From Octopus sinensis (Eukaryota): a stretch of 64,000 bases of DNA. Below, in pieces: positions 24,789 to 36,934 of the stretch (the stretch's first letter is position 1; each line of letters starts with the position of its first letter). Made by a program: the position numbers and the translations under genes. Below the pieces are notes generated by a model. That model was not told the origin of the DNA and searched no databases. It worked only from the letters and a program-made list of their open reading frames with translations. Location of the stretch: contig NC_042997.1 of NCBI RefSeq assembly GCF_006345805.1, positions 15,066,001 through 15,130,000 on the forward strand, read 5' to 3'.

Positions 24789-25324
24789 ATACAATTTTGT
24801 TCCAATTGTTTTCAAATTTGGTATATGGATTAAGTTTTGTATACTAATTATGAAAATTGAATTTATTTTCCCTATAAATCCATAATTAAAAAGGTATTAA
24901 CCTTTAAAATTTGCAAAATTTACGTATTTTAGCCAATCAGAAGCAAGTATTTTAGACATCACCATGGCAAAGAAGTCTGTTTCTATAGTAAACAAAGATG
25001 CTGCACATGCGTACAAGTTGTGTAACCACCACTTGTTCTATAATTGTTTGTTTTCATAACAGATGAGTCACACTTAACAAATTGAAGGTACCTGGGCATG
25101 GCTGACTCTTATCTTTGTGAATTTATGTGGAGAAAGAGATATGAGAAAGATAATTTATTTTATAAAATTCTAGTGTGTATTGCAAACTTTTGTTCTTGAA
25201 TTTTTTAAACTAATAAATGTCTGTTTTAAATAATCTTTTGACTGTTATTTCTAGCTACTCCTGTTGGTTTGTTTGTAGCTTTTAAATATTTAATTTACTC
25301 GTGAGTTAGTTTAATGTTTTGATA

Positions 25325-25660
25325 TGCTGATGCCCACCCCTCCCCCCATGTCGGTGGCATGTAAAAAGCACCATCTGAATGTGGCTGATGCCAGCGCCGC
25401 CTTGGCTGGCTTCTGTGCCAGTGACACATAAAAACACCATCCAATCATGGTCAATGCCAGCCCCCTCTGGTCCCTGTGCCGGTGGCACATTTCAAAGCTC
25501 CCACTATACTCTTGGAGTGGTTTGTGTTAGGAAGAGCATCCAGCTGTAGAAACACTGCCTGATCAGACTGGAGCCTGGTGCAGCCTCCTGGCTTCCCAGA
25601 CCTCAGGTGAACCGTCCAACCCATGGCAGCATGTAAAACGGATGTTAAACGATGATGATG
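25325..25660 (+). mobile_element. Family E repeat
   Basis: Internal tandem units plus (GAT)n tail. Confidence 0.7.
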
Positions 25661-26029
25661 ATAATGTATATATAAAATGGCTTATTGATGTGTTTTGTTT
25701 CTTATTTTTTCCTTAAGAAATGATTGCATTGTTTTACATCATTTTTATTCCCTCCAGAATAATCTCAATGCTTTTGTCGAAACATATGTTGGAAGTATAA
25801 ATGATTTGAATAACACTTGCATTTGACTCCATTTCTTAATTTATCCATGTTATTCAAAAACATTTCACTTAACCCTGGAATTTCTACCTTTATAAGTAGG
25901 CTGTAATATCTTTGGCACTTATGTGAATTTTTGCTACCCTGATAACTATTTATTTTTTCCTTGTTATTTGTACACATTGAAAAGATGCACATACATTTAT
26001 ATAGACATACATACATATATGTATGTGTA

Positions 26030-26071
<42 letters not shown>

Positions 26072-26235
26072 TACATATATATATATACATATATATACAC
26101 ATGCATATATACATATATGTATATACAGAAAATTCAGGGTGAATACTTGATAATTGTAAGCACCTGTATATGCCAATTAGTGGTGTAGGTGATAGAGTAT
26201 ATTTATCAAAATAAAAACATGATGCAAAGGATTTA

Positions 26236-26323
26236 GCGGTACATATGTTTCTGGCTTTTATTAGACGGTTTATATCAATGCATAATTGATGTAATTTGTA
26301 TGTCAATAGCCTTCTTCAGCCGC
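26236..26323 (-). ncRNA. Type I hammerhead ribozyme with an expanded stem II
   Basis: Minus strand GCGG-CTGAAGA-A-GGCT(~50 nt)AGCC-A-GAAAC-ATAT-GTA|CCGC; palindromic stem III ACATATGT. Confidence 0.7.
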
Positions 26324-26594
26324 GTACAATTACTACTTCAAGGACATGTATTACATTATAAGTTTTACGCTGGAGGTGCGCATGCACGTGCGTAGGCATG
26401 CGAATGAATATACCTGCTTCTATGCATATGCATATTTTGGTGTATATGCATGGGGATTTACTTCCTCATGTGTGTGAGGATGTGTGTGAGTGTGTTGTAT
26501 GTGTGTATGTACGTGTATGTGTATACGTACATATGCGCATGGGTTCTTGTACCCAACTACATGCCCTTTTTTCCGTATGTATGTGTATATTGAG

Positions 26595-26882
26595 ATACTT
26601 ATGTATGTGCGGTGGTATGGACATGTGTTGAGGAGGGATGAGGATCATGTTCTGAAGAGGGTGCTAGAGTTTGAGCTGAATGGACTGCGAGAGAAAGGTA
26701 GACTGAGGAAAATATGGAAGGAAGAGGTGGGGGGAGGGATTGGGAAGGTTGGCTTGAGAAGGGAGGGCGCCCAAAACCGGGTGAAATGGCGTGAGGGCAG
26801 TTGCTTTAGCATTGAGGTACATTCAGCCATCCCTGTTAACAGGGACAAAACCTGGATTCAAAATGATGGATGATGATGATGA
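26595..26882 (+). pseudogene. RTE LINE 3' fragment with (GAT)n tail
   Basis: VRWYGHVLRRDEDHVLKRVLEFELNG..EKGRLRKIWKEEV motif. Confidence 0.75.
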
Positions 26883-26931
26883 TACATACACACACACACA
26901 CACATATATACATACATACATATATAAATGA

Positions 26932-26962
<31 letters not shown>

Positions 26963-28504
26963 ATATATATATACATACATACATAGATACACACACACAC
27001 AGACGCACACACATATATACACATACACACATATATATATGCACATACATACATACATTTACATACACACATATACACACATGCGCATGTGTAGATACCA
27101 GTATAAAGACAAAATCAAGTGTTGATATTTAGATATTTTAAATGCATTTTAATATGTGTGTTTCCAATAGTTATCTAAGATAATTCTTATATGATATTAT
27201 CTTCTTCAGTCAAACATTTATGGTAAACAAAAGTTTTCCCTATACATAGCAGTTGTTAAGCTAGCCTTTTAGCAGAGGGGAAAAGTAAATACAGGAAGAA
27301 GTGGAGTCAAGTCAGAGATGGGAAGGAGGAGATTAGAAGTGAGAAGTTAAGTATGTTAGGGAAAGAGAAAAAGCAAAGATCAATAAGAGGAAAAAGATGG
27401 CAGAAAATCATAAATAAGTAAATAGATAAATAAATGCATAATTAAAATTGACAATAAATCTGAACAGCAAAAAAAAATTGAGTAAGAAGAGTAAGAAGTA
27501 AATGCAGAAGAAAAAAGAAGGGAAGAAGGAGAGATGAGAAAATCAAAACAAACCAGAGAGCGATAAAAGATTTGGTTTGGGGTAGGGGAGACCAAATGGA
27601 AAAAGGAAGAATAAAAGGCAAAATAGAAAAGAAAAGTGAGAATGTTGTGCTAGATATAAAAATCAATAGTCATAATAATGTTAGACCCAGAATAGGAAAT
27701 GGTAAAAGGTTAAATAGTACGGGCCTTGTCATTTGGAATGTGTTTAACTCTGAGTGTAGTTCCAATGACTTGCTGCCGTAAAGGCAGAGAAATAAGGCTC
27801 ACACACATTGACATCAGTAGATATATCCCACTCCTCATGTACATAAGTGGCATATGTGTTTATATGTTTATAGGGGAACATAAGTTAAGTTACAAGATAT
27901 GCGAACTGATAAAGCAAAACAGATTATCGATCAGGAAATATATAACAAGGATGGGTTTAAATGAAACAAAATAAAATTAAATAATCAATAAATAAAGTGA
28001 AATAACGGAGTAAATGGGTTAAGGTGGAATTTTGAGGTAAGTGAATAAATATGTGAAATAAGATTTGGAGCTATGAATCAGGCAGTGGCATATAATTAAG
28101 GTATAATAGTGGGTAGTCTGGCGGAATTGTTTAGTGTGCTGAGTAAAATGCTTACTGGCATTTTGTCTGCCTTCATGTTCTGAGTTCAAATTCCACTTCA
28201 AATTTGGCTTTGTTTTTCATCCTTTCAGGGTCAATAAAATAAGTACCAGTTGACCATTGTGATTGATGTAATCAACTTAGCCTCTCCCCCAAAACTGCTG
28301 GCCTTATGCCAAAATTTAAAATCAATATATTATAATGAATCATAATGAATTATAATAAATTATAATAACTTAATAAATTATAATATAAAATTGGGGACAC
28401 TGTACTGATGTGCAAATGGATTCAGTGGGTAACTGTCCAATTTAAGCCCCTGTGGGTGTCTGTGAAGTGATTGGTGAACTTAATAGAAATACTAACAATG
28501 TAAT

Positions 28505-28730
28505 AATAATAATAATTCTTTCTACTAAAGGCACAGGGCCTGACATTTTGTGGGGAGGGGACTAGTTGATTACATCAACCCTAGTATTTCACTGGTACTT
28601 AATTTATTGACCCTGAAAGAATGAAAGGCCAAGTCAACCTAGGTGGAATTTAAACTCAGAATGCAAAGATGGACGAAATGCTGCTAAGCATTTTGTCTTG
28701 TATGCTAATGATTCAGCCAGCTTTGCTGCC
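28505..28730 (-). mobile_element. SINE family C variant within an (AAT)n tract
   Basis: Reverse complement of the family C head and body; (TAA)n on both sides. Confidence 0.6.
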
Positions 28731-28740
28731 TTAATGATAA

Positions 28741-31715
28741 TAATAATAATAATTAATTCTTTTTATTGGCCACAAGGGCTGACACACATGATTAGTAAAC
28801 ATTAAGGGACAAAACAAGACGAAAGGTTACAAAGGGTTTTGTCCCGTTTTTGAAAAAATCTGAGTAAAAACTGTTTAACAACGAAAGATTATAACAATGA
28901 AAAAACTCCCAATAGGGGGAGGCGCTTCGAAAGGTTCCTGGTGGAAAAAACCCCATAAAAGCCAACGGGAGCCTGGTCAAAAGGGGGGTAGAGAGCCCCT
29001 TTCTCCTTTTATAAAACCTTTTTCAATCACAGGCAAAACCTGAGAATTGGTCCATTTATACTGGCCATTCTCGCACAATTCACCCACCTTTCAGAAAACT
29101 TGCTATCGGACAGCACTCTCCTCTCTAACCTCATCTTCCTTTTCAAGTGAAACTTGAAAAAGTTGATGAGGCCTTGACCAAAGGAAAGTGTCTGACTTTA
29201 GCCCTTTCAAACGGGTCCACCATACAATCTCTTTCGCCACAGCCACTAGGCACAGGAAAACGGCCTCGCCCTCCTTGTTAAAGGAGGTCGGCGGGGCAAT
29301 CTTCACTATGGATTTGGCTGATAGCCGGATCCGTCCTATATGCGACAGTAGCTGTTCGACATAAACCCATAGTTCAGCAATACTCGGGCACTGGACGAGT
29401 GCGTGCAGAACGGTTTCGTCGTCCTGGCAACACCTCGGGCATGCCCGGCTGACGGCACTTCCGTGCCGGTAGAGTTTATCCCGAACAGGTAGAGCCCCTC
29501 GGTAGCACTGCCAGGCGAGCGACCTCTGGAAATTATCCATTGGCCCCGGCCCGAAAGTCCTTCCGAACAGACCGCTCAGTTCGTTATCATCAATGCCTAG
29601 AGTTTCCCCGAGAACGTTGTAGCATTTTTCCTCCACTAACCCTCTATAGAACGCTAGAGTGGAACTAAAACCGATCGCATTGCCCACCCGGCGGAGGGCG
29701 GAGAGAGCTTGATGACACTCGAGGTGCCAAGCGCCCTTTCTCGGTCTACGTTTGATCCAGGTTTGATGCGGCTCTGTCAAAGAGACGAGCTGCGGAAAGT
29801 CGCGTCTGACAAAAGACGACCACACCTGATCACCGTCTAGGAAACGCTTGAGATATCGCAGCCTGAGCGCATGTCTGCGCATCAGTAACCACGGCATGCC
29901 AAGGCCTCTGTTCAGCGGTCGTTGACAGCAGATGGATCGCTTGACCAATGGCACCTGACCCTTCCACAAAAAGTCGAAGAGCAGGCATACCAGCTTGGCC
30001 AACCAGCGGTTGGGACAAGAGACGACTGTCAAGCGGTAATAGATGACGGATGCGATGTATGCATTCGCCACCTCCGCTCGACCTTTCAGGGACAGCTTCC
30101 TCTCGGCCCATTTCTGGGTGAGACGTGCCAGCCTGCTCGTCACTTCTTCCCAGTTTTTATCCACCTGGAGGTCCGGACCGAACCAGACCCCGAGCAGTTT
30201 AACGGGTCCGTCTGTCCAGCGCCCTACGACGCTGTTGGACAGTATGGACTTGCCTCTCCAGGTGCCCAGTTGCAAGCCCACAGACTTTTCCGCGTTAATC
30301 TTTGCCCCTGTCACCGCTTCGTACTCGTTTAGTGTCTCGCCAATCAGGCCAATGTGCCTGTGGCTCGACACCATCACGGTGACGTCGTCGGCATAGGCAG
30401 ACACGCTGTTTCCGCCTCCTAGATCGCGCGGGATACTCCTCAAAGCCTCCAACTTGCGCAGTAATGGCTCGAGAGTCAACATGTACAAGAGGGAGGAGAG
30501 AGGGCATCCTTGGCGGACCGAATGTGAGATGTCAAACGGTTCCGAAAGGTGACCGTTCACCCGTATCACTGAGCAGATGTTGCTGTATAAAGCAGTGATC
30601 CACCTGCGGAAAACTGGACCGAAGCCGGCTGTCTTGAGAACAGCTGCTAGTTACCGATGGTCGACCCTATCGAAGGCTTTACTCTGATCTAAGTTGATCA
30701 AAGCCCCACCCGCGCCAGCGTCGTTACCCACCCTCTCGATGATGTAGCGCATGAGATGGAGGTTGTCGTGTATCGACCTGGTCGGCACGGCGCATGTCTG
30801 CGTCTTGCCGACCAGCTTGTCTACGACAAGCGCCAATCTCTTGGCTAGCACCTTGGCCAAAATCTTCAACTCTGCATTGAGCAGAGTAATGGGCCGAAAA
30901 TTCCCTATAATGTCCCCCTTGTTTGGGTTCTTTTTTAGCAAAGCCACCACCCCTCAACAGACAAAAGCAGGAATTCTCCCGTTTTGCTGCCAGTTGCAGT
31001 AGACGTTTGCCAACAGGCCCGCAAACAAGTCTGGCATTGAAGTGTAAAGCTCGTAGGGCAGACCATCCAAACCCGGCGATCTACCTCTCGTGCAACTCTT
31101 CTTCGCTTCCTCCACTTCCCAGGCAGATATCGGTCCTTCGCAGCACTCTGCCTCGCTGTCCGAGAGTTGCGGTAGGCCGTCCAGGTACACACCAAAGTCT
31201 GCACCATTGTGCGTTCTACCGCTCGTCCCAAACAGTTGAGCAAAGTGCCTCTGAAACACCATACACATCTGCTTCGGTTCGGTAACCTCGCACCCGTTCT
31301 GGTCCACCAAAGACCGAATGGTTGCTTTGTTGCCTCACTTCGCCTCCGCCACATGGGCCCATCGAGCGGCTCTAGTCCCCTCCCCGCTTAGCGAACGTGC
31401 CTTAGCTCTGACAACGCAGCCTTCGTGTTTGGCGTCAAAGTGTTGGTCGAGGGCCAACCTTGCCACCAACACGTTGGTTGCAATGCCAGTCTCAAGAGCC
31501 TCGTCTAGTTTCTTAACTAATTCCCGCTCTCTCTTCCTTTGTTCAATAGCTAGAGTCTTACTAAACCTAATCGACTCTACTCTAATTGCTCTCTTGAGGG
31601 CAAACCACCAGTTGTTGTTGATGATTGCCCCCGTGAGCGCCCGCTTAACTGGTAAACTAATCCGGTCTCTGTAAGCTTTGCACGCCGTTAACGATGCGTT
31701 CAGCTTCCAGTATCC
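28741..31715 (-). mobile_element. Tx1/L1-clade LINE: ORF2 from GYWKLN through RT and zf-RVT, 3' UTR and (TTA)n tail; three in-frame stops
   Basis: SPGLDGLPYELY, FRPITLLNAELKILAKVLAKRL, LDQSKAFDRVDH, VRQGCPLS, AYADDV, CPRC..DETVLHAL.QC; stops at about 31340, 30952 and 30650 (two are TGA, consistent with CpG decay). Confidence 0.9.
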
Positions 31716-32058
31716 GTATCAGTATCAGTATTGGTGTGTGTGGCAGTGGCAGTAGTGGTGTCGAAAATGTTGTTGTTGTTTGTTGCTGTGAGTGTGTGTT
31801 GTTGATGTTGGGAAGCACTATTTGTTTGTGCTTCCCCTGTGTGTCCTTTTGTTTTTTCCTCCTTTTCTTTTTTGGAGGCACTGTGTGCCATTCCCCTTTC
31901 TCGGTATCAGTGCTTGCACAATCCAAGCTGTCCTGATCCGGAAAGGGGATGACTGTTGGGTCCGCTTCATCAGCAGGGCGAAAGAATTTTGTTGGTTCTG
32001 CTGGTAGCGGTGGTGTTGCTGTGTCTATTGGTGATGATGACAGTGTTGGTGTTTTTCC

Positions 32059-32104
32059 TTCTTCTTCTTCTTCTTCTTCTTCTTCTTCTTCTTCTTCTTC
32101 TTCT

Positions 32105-32136
<32 letters not shown>

Positions 32137-32152
32137 TTGTTGTTGTTGTTGT
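32059..32152. repeat. Compound trinucleotide microsatellite (TTC)n(TGC)n(TGT)n
   Basis: Direct reading. Confidence 0.95.
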
Positions 32153-32893
32153 TTTTGTTTTTTTTTTGTTTTGTTTTTTGATTTCTATCTACAGGAATAT
32201 TCCCCTGGCGAGACAAATAGGTCCCTAATGTTGAAATTGCAATAGGGAATTAACCAGTTATTTTTAAGTTGTGGATTCTATTTTTCATGTGACCCACAGA
32301 GAGCTTTTATCATGACGAGAAATATGAGTGATTTAAATGGCTTTATAGCAGTTTTGACTGCTATTTCTAAACATTTAAAAGGTTTTGAAACTCTCTTTGT
32401 TATAATTGTGACTTGTTCATAATTATAAACATTCTTCTTCTATATATTCTATGGTAATATGTTTGGCCATTGATATTTTCATAAATAATTTTTAATCGTT
32501 TATAATATATTCTCCATAATGTATTTTGCATTACTTTTAATTATTTAATAGTAGGTTAAATAGAATCAGAACCAAAGATAGTCATCAAAGAAAGAAGAGT
32601 GTAAGAAATAGGGGAGAGTATTAGAAGGAGAGAGTGGGAATAGCGAGGGATGTGTCTATCTGAGGTCATGTGATGTGTATGGATGAGGACAGCTGTGTAA
32701 ATAAGTATGGAAGAGGTAGATCCAGGAAAACGTAGGACAAGGTGGTGTAATATAATCTTCAATTGTTGAATCTCACGGAAGTAATGACAAGTGACTGAGA
32801 CTTCTGGTGATTTGCTGTGCTCAAGAAGACATGTCAAACTAAGTGAAATTGTGGTCATAGCCAGTGCCAGTGGCACATAAAAGGCACCTGTAC

Positions 32894-33290
32894 CATCATC
32901 ATCATCATCATCATCGTTTAGCGTCCGTTTCCCATGCTAGCATGGGTTGGACGGTTCTACTGGGGTCTGTGAAGCCAGAAGGCTTCATTAGGCCCAGTCA
33001 AATCTGGCAGTGTTTCTACGGCTGGATGCCCTTCCTAACGCCAACCACTCCGAGAGTGTAGTGGGTGCTTTTTACGTGCCACCCGCACAGGTGCCAGACA
33101 GAGCTGGCAAACGGCCACGAACGGATGGTGCTTTTTATGTGCCACTGGCACGAGGGCCAGGCGAGGCTGGCAACGGACACGAAACGGGGCGGTGCTGGCA
33201 ACGGTCGCGAAACGGAAGGTTCTCTTACATGCCACCGGCACTGGTAACACATCTGCAATTTCCATTGATCGATTTCCATTGATCCAGTGA
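32894..33290 (-). mobile_element. Family E repeat, nested within an oppositely oriented family E copy (about 32860-33490)
   Basis: (CAT)n start; + strand E units on both sides. Confidence 0.65.
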
Positions 33291-33499
33291 AACATAAAAG
33301 GCATCCATGCTGGTGACATGTAGAAAGCACCCAGTGCACTCTGCAAAGTGGTTGGCATCAGGAAGGGCATCTGGCCATAAAAACCAAGCCAAAACAGATG
33401 ACTGGAGCTTGGTCCAGCTCTCTAGCTTAGCAGCTCTGGTCAAACTATCTAACATATGATAGCATGGAAAATGGATGTTAAATGATGCTGCTGAGTCAC

Positions 33500-33827
33500 C
33501 CTTCAATCAAGACTGACCATGGGATTGCACCTAGAAAGTTACCCTCCCAGGAACAAGTCCAGGTAAGGTTGTTTATGGAAGACAAGCAGTCGCCCATGCA
33601 TACCAGCCTCCCCTCTCCACACCACCAGTGTTATCTAAGGGAAAGTCTAGGGCCGATACAGCTTGGCACCTGTGACGTCGCAACTCATTTCTACAGCTGA
33701 GTGAACTGGAGCAACATGAAATAAAGTGTCTTGCTCAAGAACACAACACGCAGCCCGGCCCGGGATTCGAACTCACAACCTCACGATCGTAAGCTCGACA
33801 CTCTAACCACTGAGCCATGCACCTTCA
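33500..33827 (-). mobile_element. SINE family D
   Basis: Reverse complement of 48691-49020. Confidence 0.75.
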
Positions 33828-34321
33828 CTAAATGATGATGATGATGATGATTTACTCTCAGAAAATTTCAGAATGTTAATTTTAGTTTATGCTTGCAATT
33901 TGCTATCAATTCATTGCATTTGTTTAGCATTTGTTCCTTATTGGCAAATAGAATCTCTGAAGCCTCACATCGACAGAGCTTGCATGGCTTCCTTTCTCCT
34001 TCGTAAGATTCAGATACCATTTGAATGGACCAGTTAATACAACGGAGATATGAGAGTGGAATGTTTAACTGGACTTGATGTATGTATGAGATGGCAAGCT
34101 GGCAGAATCATTAGCATGTTGGGCAAATTACTTAGCATCATTTCATCTGTGTTTACGTTGAGTTCAAATTCTACTGAGATCAACTTTGCCTGTCATTTCT
34201 TTTGGGGGTCAATAGAATAAGTACCAGTTGAGTACTGGGGGTTGATGTAATCAACTTACTTCCCTCCTTGAAATTACTGACCTTGTGCTAAAATTTGAAA
34301 TCACTATGTATGTATATCTAT

Positions 34322-34830
34322 CTATCTGCACAGTCGAAGTTGACTCTCGGTTACTTGATGGACCAGTGTTCTCCAGCCTGTTCTATCCTGGGTTGCTTCT
34401 TTCAGATTGGCTATGGCCATTCCTGTGTCACTCTTGATGGTGTCAAGCCAGCGGGTTCTTGGTTGGCCTCTTCCTCTCTTGCCACTGATCATTCCGAGCA
34501 TGATGTCCTTCTCCAGGGATTTTCTCCACATAATATGACCAAAATATACCAATCTATGCTTGGTGATCCTAGCTTCTAGCAACAGTTTTGGCTTGATCTG
34601 GTTAAGAACTTCTCCATTGGTGAGCCTCGCTGTCCATGGAATTCATAAAAGTCTTCTCCAACACCAAAACTCGAATGCATTAATTCTCTTCTAGTCAGCT
34701 TTCTTTAGTGTCCAGGTCTCACATCCATATGTTGCTATTGGGAAGACGATTGCATTCACCAACCTGCATTTGGTAGCAAGGCTGATGTCTCTACTCTTCC
34801 AGACCTTGCTCATGCTGACCATTGCCTCTC
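34322..34830 (-). pseudogene. RTE (BovB-like) LINE 3' fragment
   Basis: AIVFPIATYGCETWTLKKAD and YFGHIMWRKSLEKDIMLGMISGKRGRGQPRTRWLDTIK. Confidence 0.85.
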
Positions 34831-35096
34831 TATATGTATATATGTATGGATATATGCTTGTATGTCTATTTATAGACACATACACATATGAACATAAATC
34901 TATGGCACTGCATTCTTCTTTATGTTAATTTTAATAATATTAGCATCTAAAGGTTGGTTTTTGATCTCATTATTGTGTCTACTGAACCTTGTAGGATACT
35001 TTGTGGCTATTATAACTGTTTGTTAAGAAATCTAACTGACCTTGAAATTACTGACCTTGTGCTAAAATTTGAAATCACTATGTATGTATATCACCA

Positions 35097-35381
35097 TCAC
35101 GTGACCGACCAGTCCATCAGATGTAGTTACACATCGCTGGTCACAATGCGTTCGCATTGTTTTAGCCTTCGAATGACGCCACCCCGCTGGATATGCGAGC
35201 AGGCCAACAGGAGAAAGAGTGGTGAAAGAGTACAGCAGGGATCACCAGCCCCTGCCGGAGCCTTGTGGAGCTTTTTAGGTGTTTTCGCTCAATAAACACT
35301 CACAACGCCCCGTCTGGAATCGAAACCACGATCCTACGACCGCGAGTCCGCTGCCCTAACCACTAGGCCATTGCACCTCCA
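35097..35381 (-). mobile_element. SINE family B, tail type b
   Basis: Reverse complement of 22937-23243; ATGTATGTATAT on both sides. Confidence 0.8.
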
Positions 35382-35661
35382 CATGTATGTATATATGCAT
35401 GCATAAATGCTTGTATGTCTATTTATAGACACACACACACATACACATATGAACATAAATCTATGACACTGCATTCTTCTTTATGTTAATTTTAATAATA
35501 TTAGCATCTAAAGGCTGGTTTTGCATCTCATTATTGTGTCTACTGAACCTTGTAGGATACTTTGTGGCTATTATAACTATTCGTTAAGAAATCTAACTGA
35601 TCTGCATATCTAGTTACACCATATCATTACTGTAAGACTTTCGTGTTTTTGTTATTTGCAG

Positions 35662-35862
35662 GTAATATTTTGGAAGAGGTTGGTGTGTCCGAAAATGATC
35701 CGTTCCTTCCATGGGGTTCGGTCACTGTCTTCTTTGAAGGAGTTTACTGTTCAAGAGTCTCTGCCGTCCCTTCCAGTTCCACCTTTGGAACAGACTCTCC
35801 ATAAATATGAACAGTCAATTCAACCCCTTCTTGGGGAAGAAGAACTTCAACACACACACAAG
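35662..35862 (+). CDS. CRAT: Carnitine O-acetyltransferase-like, first recognisable coding exon (phase 0/0)
   Basis: ttgcAG|...AAG|GTAATT; VIFWKRLVCPKMIRSFHGVRSLSSLKEFTVQESLPSLPVPPLEQTLHKY contains the LPxLPVPxL signature of choline/carnitine acyltransferases. Confidence 0.85.
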
Positions 35863-36636
35863 GTAATTTGAAACTTTTTTCAGTTTTCTTTTTTGTATAT
35901 TTTGTAAATGTTTGTTTAGTTTTTACCTGTTAATAGTCACATATCTCTCTGCTATCAATATCAGTTGTTTATAATCTTTAATGTTGCCCTAATAATTAAA
36001 TAATTTCAGCTTAAAGTTTTTTTTAAATTTTAATGTATGATGTCTTTAGATGTAATTTAATAATTCAGTGGTATAGGTGGAGTCTGTGCTACCTGAGGAG
36101 GCACTTGAGTGTGCAGTCCTCCCTATACAGGCTTATACAGCTGGGTCACAACTGCTGCTCCCAGAAAAGCATCACCCAAGATGGACTGCACCCATTGTTG
36201 TCCTTTTCTATTGAAGTAACTCCAGGGTAATTTGGTTGACTAAACTTAATTATTAATGGGGAAAAAATTACAAAACTAAAGAAACAAGAAGAAAAAATAT
36301 ACAAAAAGCAAATAAAAGAATCAACAACAAAAACCATGAGTATGATTAGTGTGCAGTATAAGAATTTATAGAGATTAAATTTTGCTGTATTTGACATTTA
36401 AACTGTAAAAGCATATAAGTTTCTTACATTGGTGGAATATTTCATAATAAAGAGGAGCTAGTATGATGTGGAATTCATGCTTTTCCCAGGACCATGAGCT
36501 GCATAAGCTAAATGAAATGGCTTCAGTTGGGGGCTGAAACTAGGTCTTGGATTTTCAGTTGACTTACTTCTTACAAAAGCATTAATTTTTGTTTAATTAT
36601 TTCCTGGCTTTATTTCCTCATTTTATTTATTTATGT

Positions 36637-36934
36637 ACCCTTTTCAAGCCTAGCCAGGCTCATGGGCCTGGTTTCCCGGTTTCTGTGGCGTATGTGTTGC
36701 CCCCAGCTGGACGGGACGCCAGTCCATTGCAGCATTACCCAAGAAACAGGAAGAAAGAGTGAGAGAAAGTTGGGACGAAAGAGTACAACAGGGGTCGCCA
36801 CTACCCCCAGCTGGAGCTTCATGGAGCTTTTAGGTGTTTTCACTCAATAAACACACACAACGCCCGGTCTGGGAATCAATACCGTGATCCTCCGACCGCG
36901 AGTCCGCTGCCCTGACCACTGGGCCATTGCGCCT
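36637..36934 (-). mobile_element. SINE family B head with tail type c (V-domain-like core)
   Basis: Family B head; minus strand TGCAATGGACTGGCGTCCCGTCCAG resembles the V-SINE central domain; same tail at 56641-56730. Confidence 0.7.

Noticed and set aside
27155-27215. Hammerhead-like CTGAAGA followed by a perfect hairpin AGATAAT/ATTATCT (minus strand)
   Set aside because: GAAAC is 13 nt away from the stem, and there is no GUH triplet or stem I partner; likely an AT-rich chance palindrome.
36093-36125. CTGAGGA plus hairpin GCAC/GTGC
   Set aside because: No GAAA, stem III or cleavage triplet.
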